Shown: positions 50,622 through 63,124, counted from the first letter of the stretch. The stretch: 64,000 nucleotides of DNA from Candidatus Marinacidobacterales bacterium (GCA_965226495.1 OZ245365.1:1-64000), one strand, 5' to 3'. Program-made: numbers and translations. The notes: a model not told the origin generated them from the letters alone.

Positions 50622-53600
50622 ATGAGCGACGTAGCGGGAAGTCTCAGACGGATCGGTGGGGCGACATTGGTCTTCATACTGGTAGCCGGCTCCACCGGGG
50701 CTCAACAGGCGCAATTCCGACCCTACTATGGCAAGAACAAGGTCCAATACGACCACCATGCCTGGCACGTGTACCGTTCGCCTCACTTCGAGGTGTATTA
50801 CTACCCCGAGTTCGAGCAACATCTCGGCCGCGTGGTGAGCTATGCCGAGAGCGCTTACGAGAGGGTATCGAACGAGCTCAAGCACGAAATCTCTTTTCCC
50901 ATTCCGCTGATTCTCTATAAGACCTTCTCCGAGTTCGCACAGACCAACCTGTTGCCCTTCGAAGTTCCGGAAGGCATCCTCGCGTTCGCCGAGCCGGTGC
51001 GGGATCGGATGGTGTTGCCCATCGATGAGCCGCCGGACAAGCTCCAAGAGCTCATCATTCACGAGCTGACTCATATCTTCGAGTTCGACATCATCCCCCG
51101 CTCGTTGGTGCGTCGTTCGGTTCCTTTGTGGATCGATGAGGGACTCGCCGACTACATGACCGGCAAGTGGGATTCGTTGGATCTGATGACGATCCGCGAT
51201 GCTGCGGTCACGGATAATATCCCGACTTTTGAGGAGCTCAACCTGGGATTCTCCAGAACACCCTACAACTTCGGTCATGCCATCTTCGAGTTCATGGAGG
51301 AGCGGTTTGGTAAAGAAGGCATCCGCCGGTTCTTGTTCTCCCTCCGTCGGGCCGTGGTGGGAGGGGTGGGCTCCGACGTCTATCAGCAGGCATTCCGAAT
51401 GGACCCTGATGAGTTCGATCGGCAATTCCGCAAATGGATTAAGGAGCGTTTCAAGCCCTTTCGGGACAAGGAAATCCCTTCCGACTACAGCCAGGACTAT
51501 TCTCCCAATCCGCGGCGGCAAGGAAAGTGGGTGGCGGCGCTCACGGCGGCTCCGTCCCCCTCGCGGGAACTGGCAGCGGTTCTGAGCTTCAACCGGCGTG
51601 ACGGAGAGCTCGACGTCGTCCTCATCTCCGGCAAGGATGGTTCGGTGATTAGAAACCTCACTCCCGGCTATACCGGGGAGTTCGAGTACATCCCGCTAGT
51701 TGGGCAGGATTCGTTTCTGGGGGCCGCCTTGGCGTGGACACCCGACGGCGCGCACGTGGCTTTTTTCGGTAGGTACCAGAAACGTCGCGCCCTAGTTCTC
51801 GTCAATGTACTCAACGCCAAGGTCGCTCGCCGCTACGTGATGCAGGACGACCAAGCGGCCTTTCCGAATTTCGGGCCCGATGGTAAGTACGTCTACTACG
51901 CGGCGTTGAAAGACGGTGTCGGTGACATCTTTCGAATGGACCTCGACACCGAAGAGGTCAACAACATCACCCAGGACGAATTTCGCGACAAGTTCCCGGT
52001 CGTCGATTCGGAGAGTGAGTGGCTCTACTATTCTCGCCGCATCAGCAGCTACGACAAGCTCTACCGCCTGAAACTCGACAACCCCGAGGAAAAAGAACAG
52101 TTGACCTTCGGTCCCTACGACGATTCTGCTCCGACTTTCTCGACGGACGGCAACCTACTTTTCCACGTTTCCAACGAGGACGACAGTATTTACAACCTTC
52201 GCTCGCTGGACCTGGAAACGGGGGATATTCTCCAGTACACCGACGCGCTGGGAGGAAATTTTGCTCCTGCGGTCGTCCTTGACGACAAAGGAACCGAGCA
52301 GCTCCTCTTCACCAGCTACTACAAAGGTGACTATGGACTTTATCGTTTGAGTCTCGAAGAACCAGTCAAGGAGATCACCGCCGATCAGATCATCCGCACC
52401 GAGGGGCCGGTCATCGACTTCGTGCCTCCCGTTCTCCATCAAGTTATTCCGGAGAACAAACGGAAAAAGGGGACATTCGAAAAGCTCTACGTCGCCGGTG
52501 CACCGCCGATCGCGGTAGGAGTCAATAGCGACGGTAGCTTCTTCGGAGGCACCGGCATCCAGTTCAACGACGTGTTGGGCGATCAAAATTTCAGCTTCTT
52601 CGCCTTGTCGGTTCGTGAGTTTCGAAATTTCTCCGGAAATTACACTAACCTTGGACACCGACTGCAGTACTCGGTCACCGGCTTCGATACCACCAGCTTT
52701 TTCTTCACCAATCCGTTCATCCTCGGCCAGCAACGCAATTCGTTCAGCCGTGCCGGTGAGATTGCGACCTTGAAGCAGACTGGTGCGACCATCGCGGCCA
52801 TCTACCCACTAGATCGTTACCGGCGCTTCGAGTTCTACACCGGCTACATCAACCAACGGACTCAGTTCCAGAATCCGTTTCTCGACCCCGACATCAACGT
52901 GGGTGGCGTCGGGTTCGATCCGGGAGTATTTGCCGCTTTTCAGAACTCACTCGACCGGCGCTTTCCGACCGGGGACATCCTGCCGATAGGTGTCACGTAC
53001 GTTTCCGAGACGACTCGCTTTCGGAATTTTGGGCCGCTGGCTGGCAGCACGATGCTCGTCGGCTTCAACGTATCGCCGGGCGGGCCCTTTCTTTCTCGCT
53101 ACACGCTGCAGGCCGATCTGAGAAAGTATCTGCAGCTCACCGGTAGCAGCTTGGCGGCACTGCGCGTGCGGGGTTTTAGTAGCCGTGGGGACAATCCCGA
53201 CTTCTTCTGGTTCGGCGGCGACAATACGATGAGGGGCTACCCCTTTCAGGGATTCGTTGGTAACCGTGGATTCCACGCCAACGCCGAGCTTCGTTTCCCC
53301 ATCATCGACGCCGCGATCACACCGATCGGACTTTTCGGGCCGTTGCGAGGGACGGTGTTCGTCAATTGGGGAGGGGCGGCGTTCGAAGACGAGGCGTTTC
53401 AGGTGTTTGCGAGCGACCTCCGGATCTCGAGAGTGGACGGCCGCGTCGTAGACGGGTGGGGCACCAAGGATACCGTGGCGTCCTGGGGTTTCAGCTTAGG
53501 CTTGAACGCCTTCGGACTCCCGCTTCATTTCGACTGGGTGAAGGTCACCGACTTCGCCTCGACCGTCACGAACAATCTCTCGCTTCGAAACGAGACGCAG

Positions 53601-53630
53601 TTCAAGTTCTGGATGGGGTTCGATTACTAG
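50622..53630 (+). CDS. Peptidase-MA / PD40 / BamA-TamA-like outer-membrane protein
   Basis: HELTH..W..EGLA; PD40 repeats; MRGY and a C-terminal barrel ending in GFDY. Confidence 0.8.
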   Translation: MSDVAGSLRRIGGATLVFILVAGSTGAQQAQFRPYYGKNKVQYDHHAWHVYRSPHFEVYYYPEFEQHLGRVVSYAESAYERVSNELKHEISFPIPLILYKTFSEFAQTNLLPFEVPEGILAFAEPVRDRMVLPIDEPPDKLQELIIHELTHIFEFDIIPRSLVRRSVPLWIDEGLADYMTGKWDSLDLMTIRDAAVTDNIPTFEELNLGFSRTPYNFGHAIFEFMEERFGKEGIRRFLFSLRRAVVGGVGSDVYQQAFRMDPDEFDRQFRKWIKERFKPFRDKEIPSDYSQDYSPNPRRQGKWVAALTAAPSPSRELAAVLSFNRRDGELDVVLISGKDGSVIRNLTPGYTGEFEYIPLVGQDSFLGAALAWTPDGAHVAFFGRYQKRRALVLVNVLNAKVARRYVMQDDQAAFPNFGPDGKYVYYAALKDGVGDIFRMDLDTEEVNNITQDEFRDKFPVVDSESEWLYYSRRISSYDKLYRLKLDNPEEKEQLTFGPYDDSAPTFSTDGNLLFHVSNEDDSIYNLRSLDLETGDILQYTDALGGNFAPAVVLDDKGTEQLLFTSYYKGDYGLYRLSLEEPVKEITADQIIRTEGPVIDFVPPVLHQVIPENKRKKGTFEKLYVAGAPPIAVGVNSDGSFFGGTGIQFNDVLGDQNFSFFALSVREFRNFSGNYTNLGHRLQYSVTGFDTTSFFFTNPFILGQQRNSFSRAGEIATLKQTGATIAAIYPLDRYRRFEFYTGYINQRTQFQNPFLDPDINVGGVGFDPGVFAAFQNSLDRRFPTGDILPIGVTYVSETTRFRNFGPLAGSTMLVGFNVSPGGPFLSRYTLQADLRKYLQLTGSSLAALRVRGFSSRGDNPDFFWFGGDNTMRGYPFQGFVGNRGFHANAELRFPIIDAAITPIGLFGPLRGTVFVNWGGAAFEDEAFQVFASDLRISRVDGRVVDGWGTKDTVASWGFSLGLNAFGLPLHFDWVKVTDFASTVTNNLSLRNETQFKFWMGFDY

Positions 53631-53906
53631 GAAATCACTTAGTGCGCGTGGGGCCCCACCGCCGCCTGGCTAGCTCTGGTCAAAGCAACCACGTAATTTG
53701 GCGGCCGGCAGGCGGCTACCCATGGGCTCGCTCGTCCATCAATGGCGCGGGGCCCCACCCCCACGCCTCATGCTCCGTCGGCAGGCGACTCCGCATGGGC
53801 TCAAGGCTGCGCTCGCGCCTAAAACCACGGCCGGGTTCCCTTGGCTTCCTCACTTCGTGGCCAATTCCTCCCGGCCGGGCGGGCCTGCGGCCAGCAAGCA
53901 GGCGGG

Positions 53907-53935
53907 TTGACAGGGGCGTTTCAGCTCCATAAAAT
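53907..53935 (+). promoter_or_regulatory. Sigma-70 promoter of the rplU operon
   Basis: TTGACA-17 bp-TAAAAT. Confidence 0.8.
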
Positions 53936-53958
53936 AGGGGGATCTCTACGGTATGTAG

Positions 53959-54291
53959 ATGGGAGGAAAGCTCTTGTACGCGATTTTCGAAAGCGGTGGA
54001 AAACAGATTCAAGCCTCTCCCGGTGAACGGGTTCGAGTCGAGAAGCTCGAGGCCGAGGTCGGGTCCAAGGTTCGGTTCGAGCGGGTGTTGTTGCTGAACC
54101 AGGATGGGAAGGTTCAAGTCGGCAAGCCATACCTCGATGGAACCATCGTCGTGGGAACGGTCCTCGAGCAGGCTCGAGATCGAAAAGTTTTGGTCTTCAA
54201 GAAAAAGCGTCGAAAACAGTACCGCCGGACTCATGGACACCGGCAACCCTTTACCGCCGTCGAAATCGAGAAAATCGAAGGCGAGAAGTAG
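53959..54291 (+). CDS. rplU: 50S ribosomal protein L21
   Basis: YAIFESGGKQ..GHRQPFT. Confidence 0.95.
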   Translation: MGGKLLYAIFESGGKQIQASPGERVRVEKLEAEVGSKVRFERVLLLNQDGKVQVGKPYLDGTIVVGTVLEQARDRKVLVFKKKRRKQYRRTHGHRQPFTAVEIEKIEGEK

Positions 54292-54348
54292 ACAAGGACC
54301 CGCGGTCCCCGCAAGTTAACAAAGTCAACAAGGTCAAAAGGACTCTTC

Positions 54349-54612
54349 ATGGCACACAAGAAAGGTCAAGGCAGCTCCCGGAACGGGCGGGACAGCAACT
54401 CACAACGTCTCGGCGTCAAAGCGTTCGGTGGCCAGTTGGTCACGGGAGGTACTATCCTCGTCCGCCAGAGGGGGACTCGCTTCAAACCAGGAGACAACGT
54501 GGGGCGCGGTAAAGACGATACGCTTTTCGCCCGTTCCAACGGCATCGTTCAGTTCCGGGATCGAGGTCAGCGCGGGCGCTTCATTAGCATTATTCCCCGA
54601 GCGACTTCGTAG
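54349..54612 (+). CDS. rpmA: 50S ribosomal protein L27
   Basis: [16 protein letters not shown]. Confidence 0.97.
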   Translation: MAHKKGQGSSRNGRDSNSQRLGVKAFGGQLVTGGTILVRQRGTRFKPGDNVGRGKDDTLFARSNGIVQFRDRGQRGRFISIIPRATS

Positions 54613-56375
<1,763 letters not shown>

Positions 56376-56401
56376 CCGCCAGGTAAGGGCCAGGTAACTA
56401 A

Positions 56402-56770
56402 TTGACACAGAAGAAGCTAACACTGCGAAGCATGGGGAAGGAACTACGGGTGGCGGTCAAGGCGTCCCAGGAAAAGAAGGCCGCCGATCTTGTGGTATTG
56501 GATTTGAGAGGGCTGGCCAGCTTTACCGATTTCTTTTTACTCGCTTGTGGAACATCGACTCGACAGTTGAAGGCGATCGCGGATGCGGTCGAAGAAGCGC
56601 TCGCGAGCAAGGGCATCAAGCCAGGCCACGTGGAGGGTTATCAGCAAGGCGACTGGATCTTGATGGACTACGTGGATTTCGTGGTTCACGTCTTCACTCC
56701 TCGTAGCCGAGCCTATTACAACTTGGAGCGTCTCTGGGGCGATGCGGAGCGTTTAGCGATAGCGAGTTGA
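56402..56770 (+). CDS. rsfS: Ribosome silencing factor
   Basis: WILMDY.D.VVHVF..R.YYNLERLW. Confidence 0.93.
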   Translation: MTQKKLTLRSMGKELRVAVKASQEKKAADLVVLDLRGLASFTDFFLLACGTSTRQLKAIADAVEEALASKGIKPGHVEGYQQGDWILMDYVDFVVHVFTPRSRAYYNLERLWGDAERLAIAS

Positions 56771-56888
56771 GGAGTTCGCGTAGGGAGCTGAAGGCTGCGC
56801 GTGGAGCCATCAGCTGTCCCGAAGCCGCTTGCCGGCGAAGGGACGGCGGTGGGGGTGGGGCCCTGCCGCACTAATATTGAGGCACTAA

Positions 56889-57881
56889 ATGTCCAAATCT
56901 TCTGACGCGACCGACACGAAGAGTGGAGCCGTGGCGCGTGAGCTCTCGAGTGCTTTCGTTGCTCACGACCCCCAGATGGTCGAAATCGTCGCCCTACTTC
57001 AACGCCTCGCCAACGCACCCACCAATGTTTTGCTTTCCGGGGAAAGCGGAACCGGAAAGGATTTAGCCGCCAGCGCGCTTCACTACTGGGGCAAGCGGGC
57101 CGCTGAGCCGATGGTCAAGGTGGATCTTCCGACCATCCCGGCCGAGCTCATGGAAAGTGAGCTGTTCGGATACGAGAAGGGTGCCTTTACCGGAGCTCAG
57201 GGGACCAAGCTAGGCAAGCTAGAGCTTGCAGGCGAGGGGACGATCTTCTTAGATCAAATCGGAGAGCCGGTGCCGGCGCTTCAGGCGAAGCTGCTTCGGG
57301 TGGTGGAAGACAAGACCTACGAACGCGTCGGTGGGACGCGGACGCTTACCGTTCAAGCACGCATGGTTGCATCGAGTACGGGTAACTTGATGGAAGCGGT
57401 AGAGCGCAAGTCTTTTCGACGTGACCTGTTTCACCGTCTGAGTATTTTCTGGATTCAGTTACCGCCGCTTCGGGAGCGCCGGGACGATATCGTTCCGTTA
57501 GCGCAGCACGTTCTTCGGCGAGAGGGCGAGCGGCTGGGCGGAAATTTCCCCGAGGAATTCGCGGACGGTGTATTGGAAGCGTTCCGCAACTACGTTTGGC
57601 CGGGGAATGTCCGCGAGCTCAAAGGAGCCGTGGAACGCGCTGGGCTGGTGGCACAGGGATCCCGCATAGAACGCGACGACCTGCCCGATTCCGTATTGGA
57701 CAGTCCTTCGGTAACGTTTCGCCTGGGAAGTAAGGATAAACCGACTCTGGTCGATGTCGAAAAAAGCTACATCGAGCGGACTCTCCGTTACGTAGGGGGA
57801 AATCAAACCCGAGCCGCGAAGATTTTGGGAATCAGCCGGAAGGCGCTCTGGGAGAAGCGCAGGCGGTATGGTATGGACTAA
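56889..57881 (+). CDS. Sigma-54-interacting regulator (AAA+ and Fis HTH, no sensor domain)
   Basis: GESGTGKD, GAFTGA, WPGNVREL, HTH. Confidence 0.88.
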   Translation: MSKSSDATDTKSGAVARELSSAFVAHDPQMVEIVALLQRLANAPTNVLLSGESGTGKDLAASALHYWGKRAAEPMVKVDLPTIPAELMESELFGYEKGAFTGAQGTKLGKLELAGEGTIFLDQIGEPVPALQAKLLRVVEDKTYERVGGTRTLTVQARMVASSTGNLMEAVERKSFRRDLFHRLSIFWIQLPPLRERRDDIVPLAQHVLRREGERLGGNFPEEFADGVLEAFRNYVWPGNVRELKGAVERAGLVAQGSRIERDDLPDSVLDSPSVTFRLGSKDKPTLVDVEKSYIERTLRYVGGNQTRAAKILGISRKALWEKRRRYGMD

Positions 57882-57893
57882 ACTGGAGCGTAG

Positions 57894-59258
57894 ATGAGAT
57901 TCAAGACCCTGTTTAGCCTGCTGATGATATTTGTGGCGGTCTGGTTTTTGGCGTCCACGATCGCCATGAACCGGGCTCCGGTGGAGATCAGCCTGGCCCT
58001 CCTCCAGCCCCTCAGCTTGGAGCTGTGGATGGCGCTGTTAGGGGCCTTTGGCGCCGGGGCGGCAGTCATTCTCTTTTTCGATCTCGCCGGTGGGGCGCGG
58101 CGCTTCGCGCAAAACTGGAGGGCCCATCGGCTCAACCGTGCACACGAGAAGACCGAGGACCTCTATCTCCATGGTTTGGACGATATGGTGAACACGCGCT
58201 ACGAGGAGGCGGTGGTCTGCTTCGACAGCGTGCTCTCGCGAGAACCTGAGCACCTGAATGCACTCATCAAACGGGGCGACAGCCTCCATGTGCTAGAGCG
58301 TTATCGGGAAGCGGCGGAGTCGCTGAAGCGCGCGACCCGGCTTGCCCCTCAGCATTTGGTGGCACTCTACTGCCTGTCGGACGTCTACCTAGATCTCGGC
58401 GACTGGGAACAGGCGGAAGACGTGCTCAAGAGTATCATCCAGCTCGATCCTCGAACGACCGTCTCTGCTCATCGAAAGCTCCGCGAACTCAAGATCAGAC
58501 AGAAGAACTGGCAAGCTGCCGATGAGCTTCAGACCAAGGTAGAAAAGATGGTCACGTTGAGCGCCGAGAAGGAGAAGGCCAAAGCAGTTTGGTTGGGTAT
58601 TCGCTTCGAAGTGGGCCGAGCCCAACTCTCACGGGGCGAGCCGAAGGAGGCCATCGTCTCATTCAATTCCGTGATCAAGCGCGACCCCCAGTTCGTCCCC
58701 GCCTATCTGAAGCTTGGTGAGGCGCACGAGATGGCCGGACAGACGAAAGAGGCTCTGGTTGTTTGGCGCATGGGCTACAAGACCACCGGTTCGACGGAGT
58801 TTCTCGCGGCGATTCAGAATTTCTTCCTTGCGAACGAGGAGCCCGAGGAGGCGATCGGAGCTTGGAAGCAGGCGATTGTACTTTCCGACAACGAAGCGCC
58901 ACTACGATATTGCTTAGGGAAATTGTACTACCGACTCTTCATGTTGGACGAGGCCTTACACGAGTTCCGTCAGATCGAAGATACGGTCAGTGGTCTTCCA
59001 GCTCTCCACGTCTACATCGCGCGAGTTCTAGAGAGCCAGGGAGACTTCAAAGAAGCACTGAGCAAGAGTAAGACCGTTCTCGGCGAGGTCGGCGGATTGA
59101 TGCAGGACTATGACTGCGGCTCTTGCAAGACGACGTATTCAGAATGGAGCGACTATTGCGAGCATTGTCGGAAGTGGAACTCGGTCCAGCTCAGCGTACG
59201 TGCCGCGGTCCGACCTGAACCCACGATTCGACCCGCTCCGACTTGGTCCACCTCCTAG
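57894..59258 (+). CDS. LapA/LapB-like TPR protein with rubredoxin tail
   Basis: Two N-terminal TM segments, TPRs, CGSC...CEHC. Confidence 0.75.
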   Translation: MRFKTLFSLLMIFVAVWFLASTIAMNRAPVEISLALLQPLSLELWMALLGAFGAGAAVILFFDLAGGARRFAQNWRAHRLNRAHEKTEDLYLHGLDDMVNTRYEEAVVCFDSVLSREPEHLNALIKRGDSLHVLERYREAAESLKRATRLAPQHLVALYCLSDVYLDLGDWEQAEDVLKSIIQLDPRTTVSAHRKLRELKIRQKNWQAADELQTKVEKMVTLSAEKEKAKAVWLGIRFEVGRAQLSRGEPKEAIVSFNSVIKRDPQFVPAYLKLGEAHEMAGQTKEALVVWRMGYKTTGSTEFLAAIQNFFLANEEPEEAIGAWKQAIVLSDNEAPLRYCLGKLYYRLFMLDEALHEFRQIEDTVSGLPALHVYIARVLESQGDFKEALSKSKTVLGEVGGLMQDYDCGSCKTTYSEWSDYCEHCRKWNSVQLSVRAAVRPEPTIRPAPTWSTS

Positions 59259-59271
59259 GTCCCATTCCGGG

Positions 59272-60021
59272 ATGTCAGGCGTATCGCTCGAGACTGGTCC
59301 GGTGCGAACCATCCTCGCGGGCCTCGTTGCCATTGGGTTCCCATCGCCTTGTCTCATTTGCCGGGCATCTCTCGAGTGGCCGCTCGAGGGACCGATCTGC
59401 GATCTCTGCTGGCGGTCGATGCCAATGATCATGCCGCCCTATTGCCCGCGTTGCGGCATGCCCTTCGGGGAGACGGTGGCGCCCGGACTATGTGGCCCGT
59501 GCCGTGTGGAAAATGGACGCCGCTTTCGCCGTGCTCGCGCGTTGGGGCCATACGATGGGGGCCTGAAAGAGACGCTCCTCTCCCTGAAGTTCGGCGGGCG
59601 GTCCCGCCTGGCCTCGACCTTGGGGAAGAGGGCGTTTCGATCGATCCTCGCCACCGGCGAACTGGACGCGGGGGCGGCGGTTGTCCCGGTGCCACTTCAT
59701 TGGCGTCGTCGTCGTGAGCGCGGATACAACCAGGCGGAGTTATTGGCGAAGGCCATCGCAAAGGTTGCCGAGCGACCCTGCTGCTCGGCCCTGGTCAAAG
59801 TCGTGCCGCGTCCTCCTCAATCCGGGTTGAGCGCGGGTGCGCGTCGACGAAACGCGGCCGGAGCCTACCGCGCGCGGCTTCCAGCTTGGCTCCGGCGCAA
59901 GCGTCTGTTGCTGGTCGATGACGTCTTCACAACGGGCGCGACGGCCGAGGCGTGCACGCGGGCGTTGCTCGGTGCCGGTGCGCGGTCGGTGGACGTCCTC
60001 ACCGTAGCCCGCGTTCCGTAG
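59272..60021 (+). CDS. comF: ComF family phosphoribosyltransferase-like protein
   Basis: Zinc-binding CxxC motifs, RGYNQA, LVDDVFTTGAT. Confidence 0.88.
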   Translation: MSGVSLETGPVRTILAGLVAIGFPSPCLICRASLEWPLEGPICDLCWRSMPMIMPPYCPRCGMPFGETVAPGLCGPCRVENGRRFRRARALGPYDGGLKETLLSLKFGGRSRLASTLGKRAFRSILATGELDAGAAVVPVPLHWRRRRERGYNQAELLAKAIAKVAERPCCSALVKVVPRPPQSGLSAGARRRNAAGAYRARLPAWLRRKRLLLVDDVFTTGATAEACTRALLGAGARSVDVLTVARVP

Positions 60022-60082
60022 AAAGCTGAAGAGTGGCCGCTTTTTGATCCCTACTATGGAAAGGGTCTAGAATAGAGGCGAC

Positions 60083-60919
60083 GTGTTCAGAGGAGCGATG
60101 ATGTCGAGGCGGAGCATCTTTTTGTTGTTTTTCATTCTCGCGGTGGTGGTCGGATGGACCGGCCACGGATTGGCCTGGGGTGACGTGGCCTATCGACTTG
60201 CGCTAGAAGAAGCGATCGATGCGTTACCCAAGCCGCTCAAGAACTTCTACAAAGACCGGAAGGTCTATTTGACGCAGCAGCTAGAAGACGTGACCATAAC
60301 CGCACCGAGGTCTGTTTTCGAGGTCGATCTGTTGGAGCCCTTCCCCTTCGACAATCTATCGCTCGATAGAGAGTCGGCGGTTCGGACATATGGGGAGGAC
60401 AAGCTCGGCGAGGTCGGAGATCTGCCGTGGAGGATGATCGAAACCTACGAAAAACTCACCGAGGCGTTCAGGCAGATGGACCTCGAGACGATCGATATGC
60501 TTTCGGCGGAGCTCCTACTGTACGTCGCGGACCTGAGTCAACCTTTGATCGTGTCGAAGGAAGGCGACGGCGACATGATTAGTCAGGAAGGCTTTCGTGA
60601 GCGCTTCGACAGCCGGTTGCTGGACATCTATGGGAGCAAGTTGAAGGTGGACGCGTCGACCGCGATTTACCTTGACGACCCCAACGCGTACATCATCTCC
60701 ATGCTCGTCCGCTCCTATGTCTGGGTGGATAACCTTCTGCTGTACGATTATCTCTCCCGCAAAGGCGTCTCGAGCTATGACCGGTTCTACTACGAGGGGC
60801 TCTGGCTTCGCGCCGAGGAGATCGTCAATGAGCGTGTCTCGGATGCTGCAGAGGATGTCGCGAGTTATTGGTATACGGCGTGGAGCAAGGCAGGAAGGCC
60901 GGATCTACCCAAGAACTAA
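60083..60919 (+). CDS. S1/P1 nuclease- or Zn-PLC-like exported protein
   Basis: AWG after the signal peptide, GDLPW, YVADLSQPL, ASYWYTAW..AG.P. Confidence 0.6.
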   Translation: MFRGAMMSRRSIFLLFFILAVVVGWTGHGLAWGDVAYRLALEEAIDALPKPLKNFYKDRKVYLTQQLEDVTITAPRSVFEVDLLEPFPFDNLSLDRESAVRTYGEDKLGEVGDLPWRMIETYEKLTEAFRQMDLETIDMLSAELLLYVADLSQPLIVSKEGDGDMISQEGFRERFDSRLLDIYGSKLKVDASTAIYLDDPNAYIISMLVRSYVWVDNLLLYDYLSRKGVSSYDRFYYEGLWLRAEEIVNERVSDAAEDVASYWYTAWSKAGRPDLPKN

Positions 60920-61054
60920 CTTTAGCAGGGTGCTGGGGAATGCACTGCAGCCTGCGCGAGCCGAGCGAGCCCGGCCCGCATGGGCCGACGAAAGGAGCGC
61001 CGAGCGAGGAGCGAGGCGCCAAGCGCGCGAACGAGGAGTGAGCGCGCATTGATG

Positions 61055-61969
61055 CTAGTAAGCTTGGAAACTCCTGACCGTCCAGACATCGATTCCCCGA
61101 AAAACCAAACCCACATAAGCTGCGACCAGCAGCCAAAAGGCGAACCTTACCGCGGGTCTTTCGGCCAGCGCCGTGAGTAGCTTCTCGGTCGCAACGTACA
61201 TCTCGTGGGACGCGACCGCGAACGGGGGGAACCCCAAGAAACCGGCAACCGGCATCTCGAAGATTGGCGCCCAGTCGAAAAAGGGTATCTCGTAGACCCA
61301 CTTACTTCGCGCCCAGAAGTTCCAGCATTCCCAAAGGAGGCCACAGATCATTCCTGCACCGGCCAACCGATAGAGACTTCCTGGTCCCCGTTCGCGGATC
61401 GTCCGCAAGACTCCTTTTCCGCCCAGGCGAAAGTTGAGGGCGGCAAAAAATACCGGAGGCCCTAACCAGATCAAGGGGAAGAAGTAGAGGGGCCAAATCC
61501 AGGGCAACAGGCTTCCGAGCAGTCCCATCCACAGCAGGCGGTTCGGCAGCTTGGGCGGGAGGGTTGAACTTGGAGCCGATGGGGGTCGCCAAAAGACTTC
61601 GAGGAGCTGGGCAGTCACGAAGATGCCGGGCAAGACAGTAGCGTAGGAGAGTGCATAGCCAAACCATCTCACGGCGAGTTCGGAAGGGATCTCGACGTAG
61701 TACCAATTCCCGAGGCGGAAGTTTGTTAACTCGAATGTGGCCCAAATGGCGATGGACAACAACAACAACCTCGGTGCCTGAGGGTTGGAGAGGACGATGC
61801 TCGTCCCGCCCCGCCTCCGGAGCCACGCGTCGGCGAACACGATGTAGCTCCACCAAGCGAAGGAGTAGTACCAAGTAGCGAATGGCTCCCACCCGGCCAA
61901 CATGCTTGCGGTGGCCACGGCAAAGACCGCCGCCGCCCCACCCATTGCTATCAAGTCCAATCGAATCAC
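61055..61969 (-). CDS. Integral membrane hypothetical protein
   Basis: Multiple TM helices; WECWNFWA..KW.Y..IFEMP..GFLGFPPF. Confidence 0.75.
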   Translation of the reverse strand: MIRLDLIAMGGAAAVFAVATASMLAGWEPFATWYYSFAWWSYIVFADAWLRRRGGTSIVLSNPQAPRLLLLSIAIWATFELTNFRLGNWYYVEIPSELAVRWFGYALSYATVLPGIFVTAQLLEVFWRPPSAPSSTLPPKLPNRLLWMGLLGSLLPWIWPLYFFPLIWLGPPVFFAALNFRLGGKGVLRTIRERGPGSLYRLAGAGMICGLLWECWNFWARSKWVYEIPFFDWAPIFEMPVAGFLGFPPFAVASHEMYVATEKLLTALAERPAVRFAFWLLVAAYVGLVFRGIDVWTVRSFQAY

Positions 61970-62058
61970 CGTTTTGCCCCGGAAGCCCTAATTCAGGAAA
62001 CTGAAACTCCTAAATGCTACAATAGTTCGGGGGAGCGTTTCTTCTCTGCTCTGGGTCA

Positions 62059-62802
62059 TTGATCCGGCAGCAACTTCGCGTTCTTCCTGGTGACAGGAGT
62101 CACTCCACCTCAAACAAACCGTGGGATTTGGTGCCGCCTAGCAAGGATCGATCGACAGAGACATTGGTCTCTGAGCTTGCCGACCGGGCACTCATCGACC
62201 GGTGCGTGGCTCGACGGTCCGTTGTCGAGAAGGAGGCGGCCTGGGAGGAGATCGTCCGCCGCTACCGCCGAAAGGTGTTTGGGATCGCCTACAAGTTCAC
62301 CGGCCGGTACGAAGAGTCCGAGGACCTGTCTCAAGAGATTTTTTTTCGCGTCTTCCGATCTCTCGATCGATTCGACCGCGGCGCCGATTTCGGCACCTGG
62401 CTGTACTCGGTTAGCCGGAATCACTGTATCGATCACTATCGGAGCGGCCGCCGGGAGCGCGAGGCGCTGGTCGATCGAGAGATCAGGATGGAGGATATGG
62501 TTTCTAGTCGATTCGATCCGCATCGATCGCTGGAGGCGTTGGACCATAAACAGTTGCTGTCGCGCGCCCTCGAGGAGCTACCCGCTAAGCTCCGTGAGGC
62601 GGTGGTGTTGAGAGACATTCATGGTCTAACCTATCAGGAGATCGTGGACCGTCTCGGGCTGCCGGAGGGCACGGTGAAGAGCCGAATTAATAGAGGCCGT
62701 TTGGAGCTGGGGCGGGTACTGTTGGCTGCGAACGGCAACGATTTATCGAAGGGAGCTGCCACCGAAAAGGCAGGCAAACATACCTATGAATCTCCAAATT
62801 GA
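62059..62802 (+). CDS. ECF RNA polymerase sigma factor
   Basis: EDLSQE, TWLY..RN, GTVKSRINRGR; start uncertain. Confidence 0.9.
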   Translation: MIRQQLRVLPGDRSHSTSNKPWDLVPPSKDRSTETLVSELADRALIDRCVARRSVVEKEAAWEEIVRRYRRKVFGIAYKFTGRYEESEDLSQEIFFRVFRSLDRFDRGADFGTWLYSVSRNHCIDHYRSGRREREALVDREIRMEDMVSSRFDPHRSLEALDHKQLLSRALEELPAKLREAVVLRDIHGLTYQEIVDRLGLPEGTVKSRINRGRLELGRVLLAANGNDLSKGAATEKAGKHTYESPN

Positions 62803-63121
62803 ATCATCGGGCGAAGTAAAAATAGTTCGCATCAAGGAAGCCAAGCTGGTCTATCCCAAATTGACTGATTTTTTTGGGGAAGTCTCCGGGCTCATGGAGT
62901 CCGGTACTCGGAAGCTTATTATCGATCTATCGGATGTAAGCTACATCGACAGTGCTTCCATCGGCTGTCTCATGGATATATATCGACTGATGTCGGAGCG
63001 CTCCGGTTCGCTGAAGTTGGTAGGGTTACAGGAGCGAGTGGAGACGATGGTCAGTTTGACGGGACTCCATAATCTGGTAGACGTTTACCGTGAAGAAAAA
63101 ACAGCTCTGGACAGCTTCTGA
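62786..63121 (+). CDS. STAS domain anti-sigma-factor antagonist
   Basis: IIDLSDVSYIDSASIG. Confidence 0.88.
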   Translation: MNLQIESSGEVKIVRIKEAKLVYPKLTDFFGEVSGLMESGTRKLIIDLSDVSYIDSASIGCLMDIYRLMSERSGSLKLVGLQERVETMVSLTGLHNLVDVYREEKTALDSF

Positions 63122-63124
63122 GGG

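Noticed and set aside
60945-61050. GC-rich REP-like intergenic stretch (a similar type at about 53690-53900)
   Set aside because: No clear second copy in the window, so no repeat family can be supported
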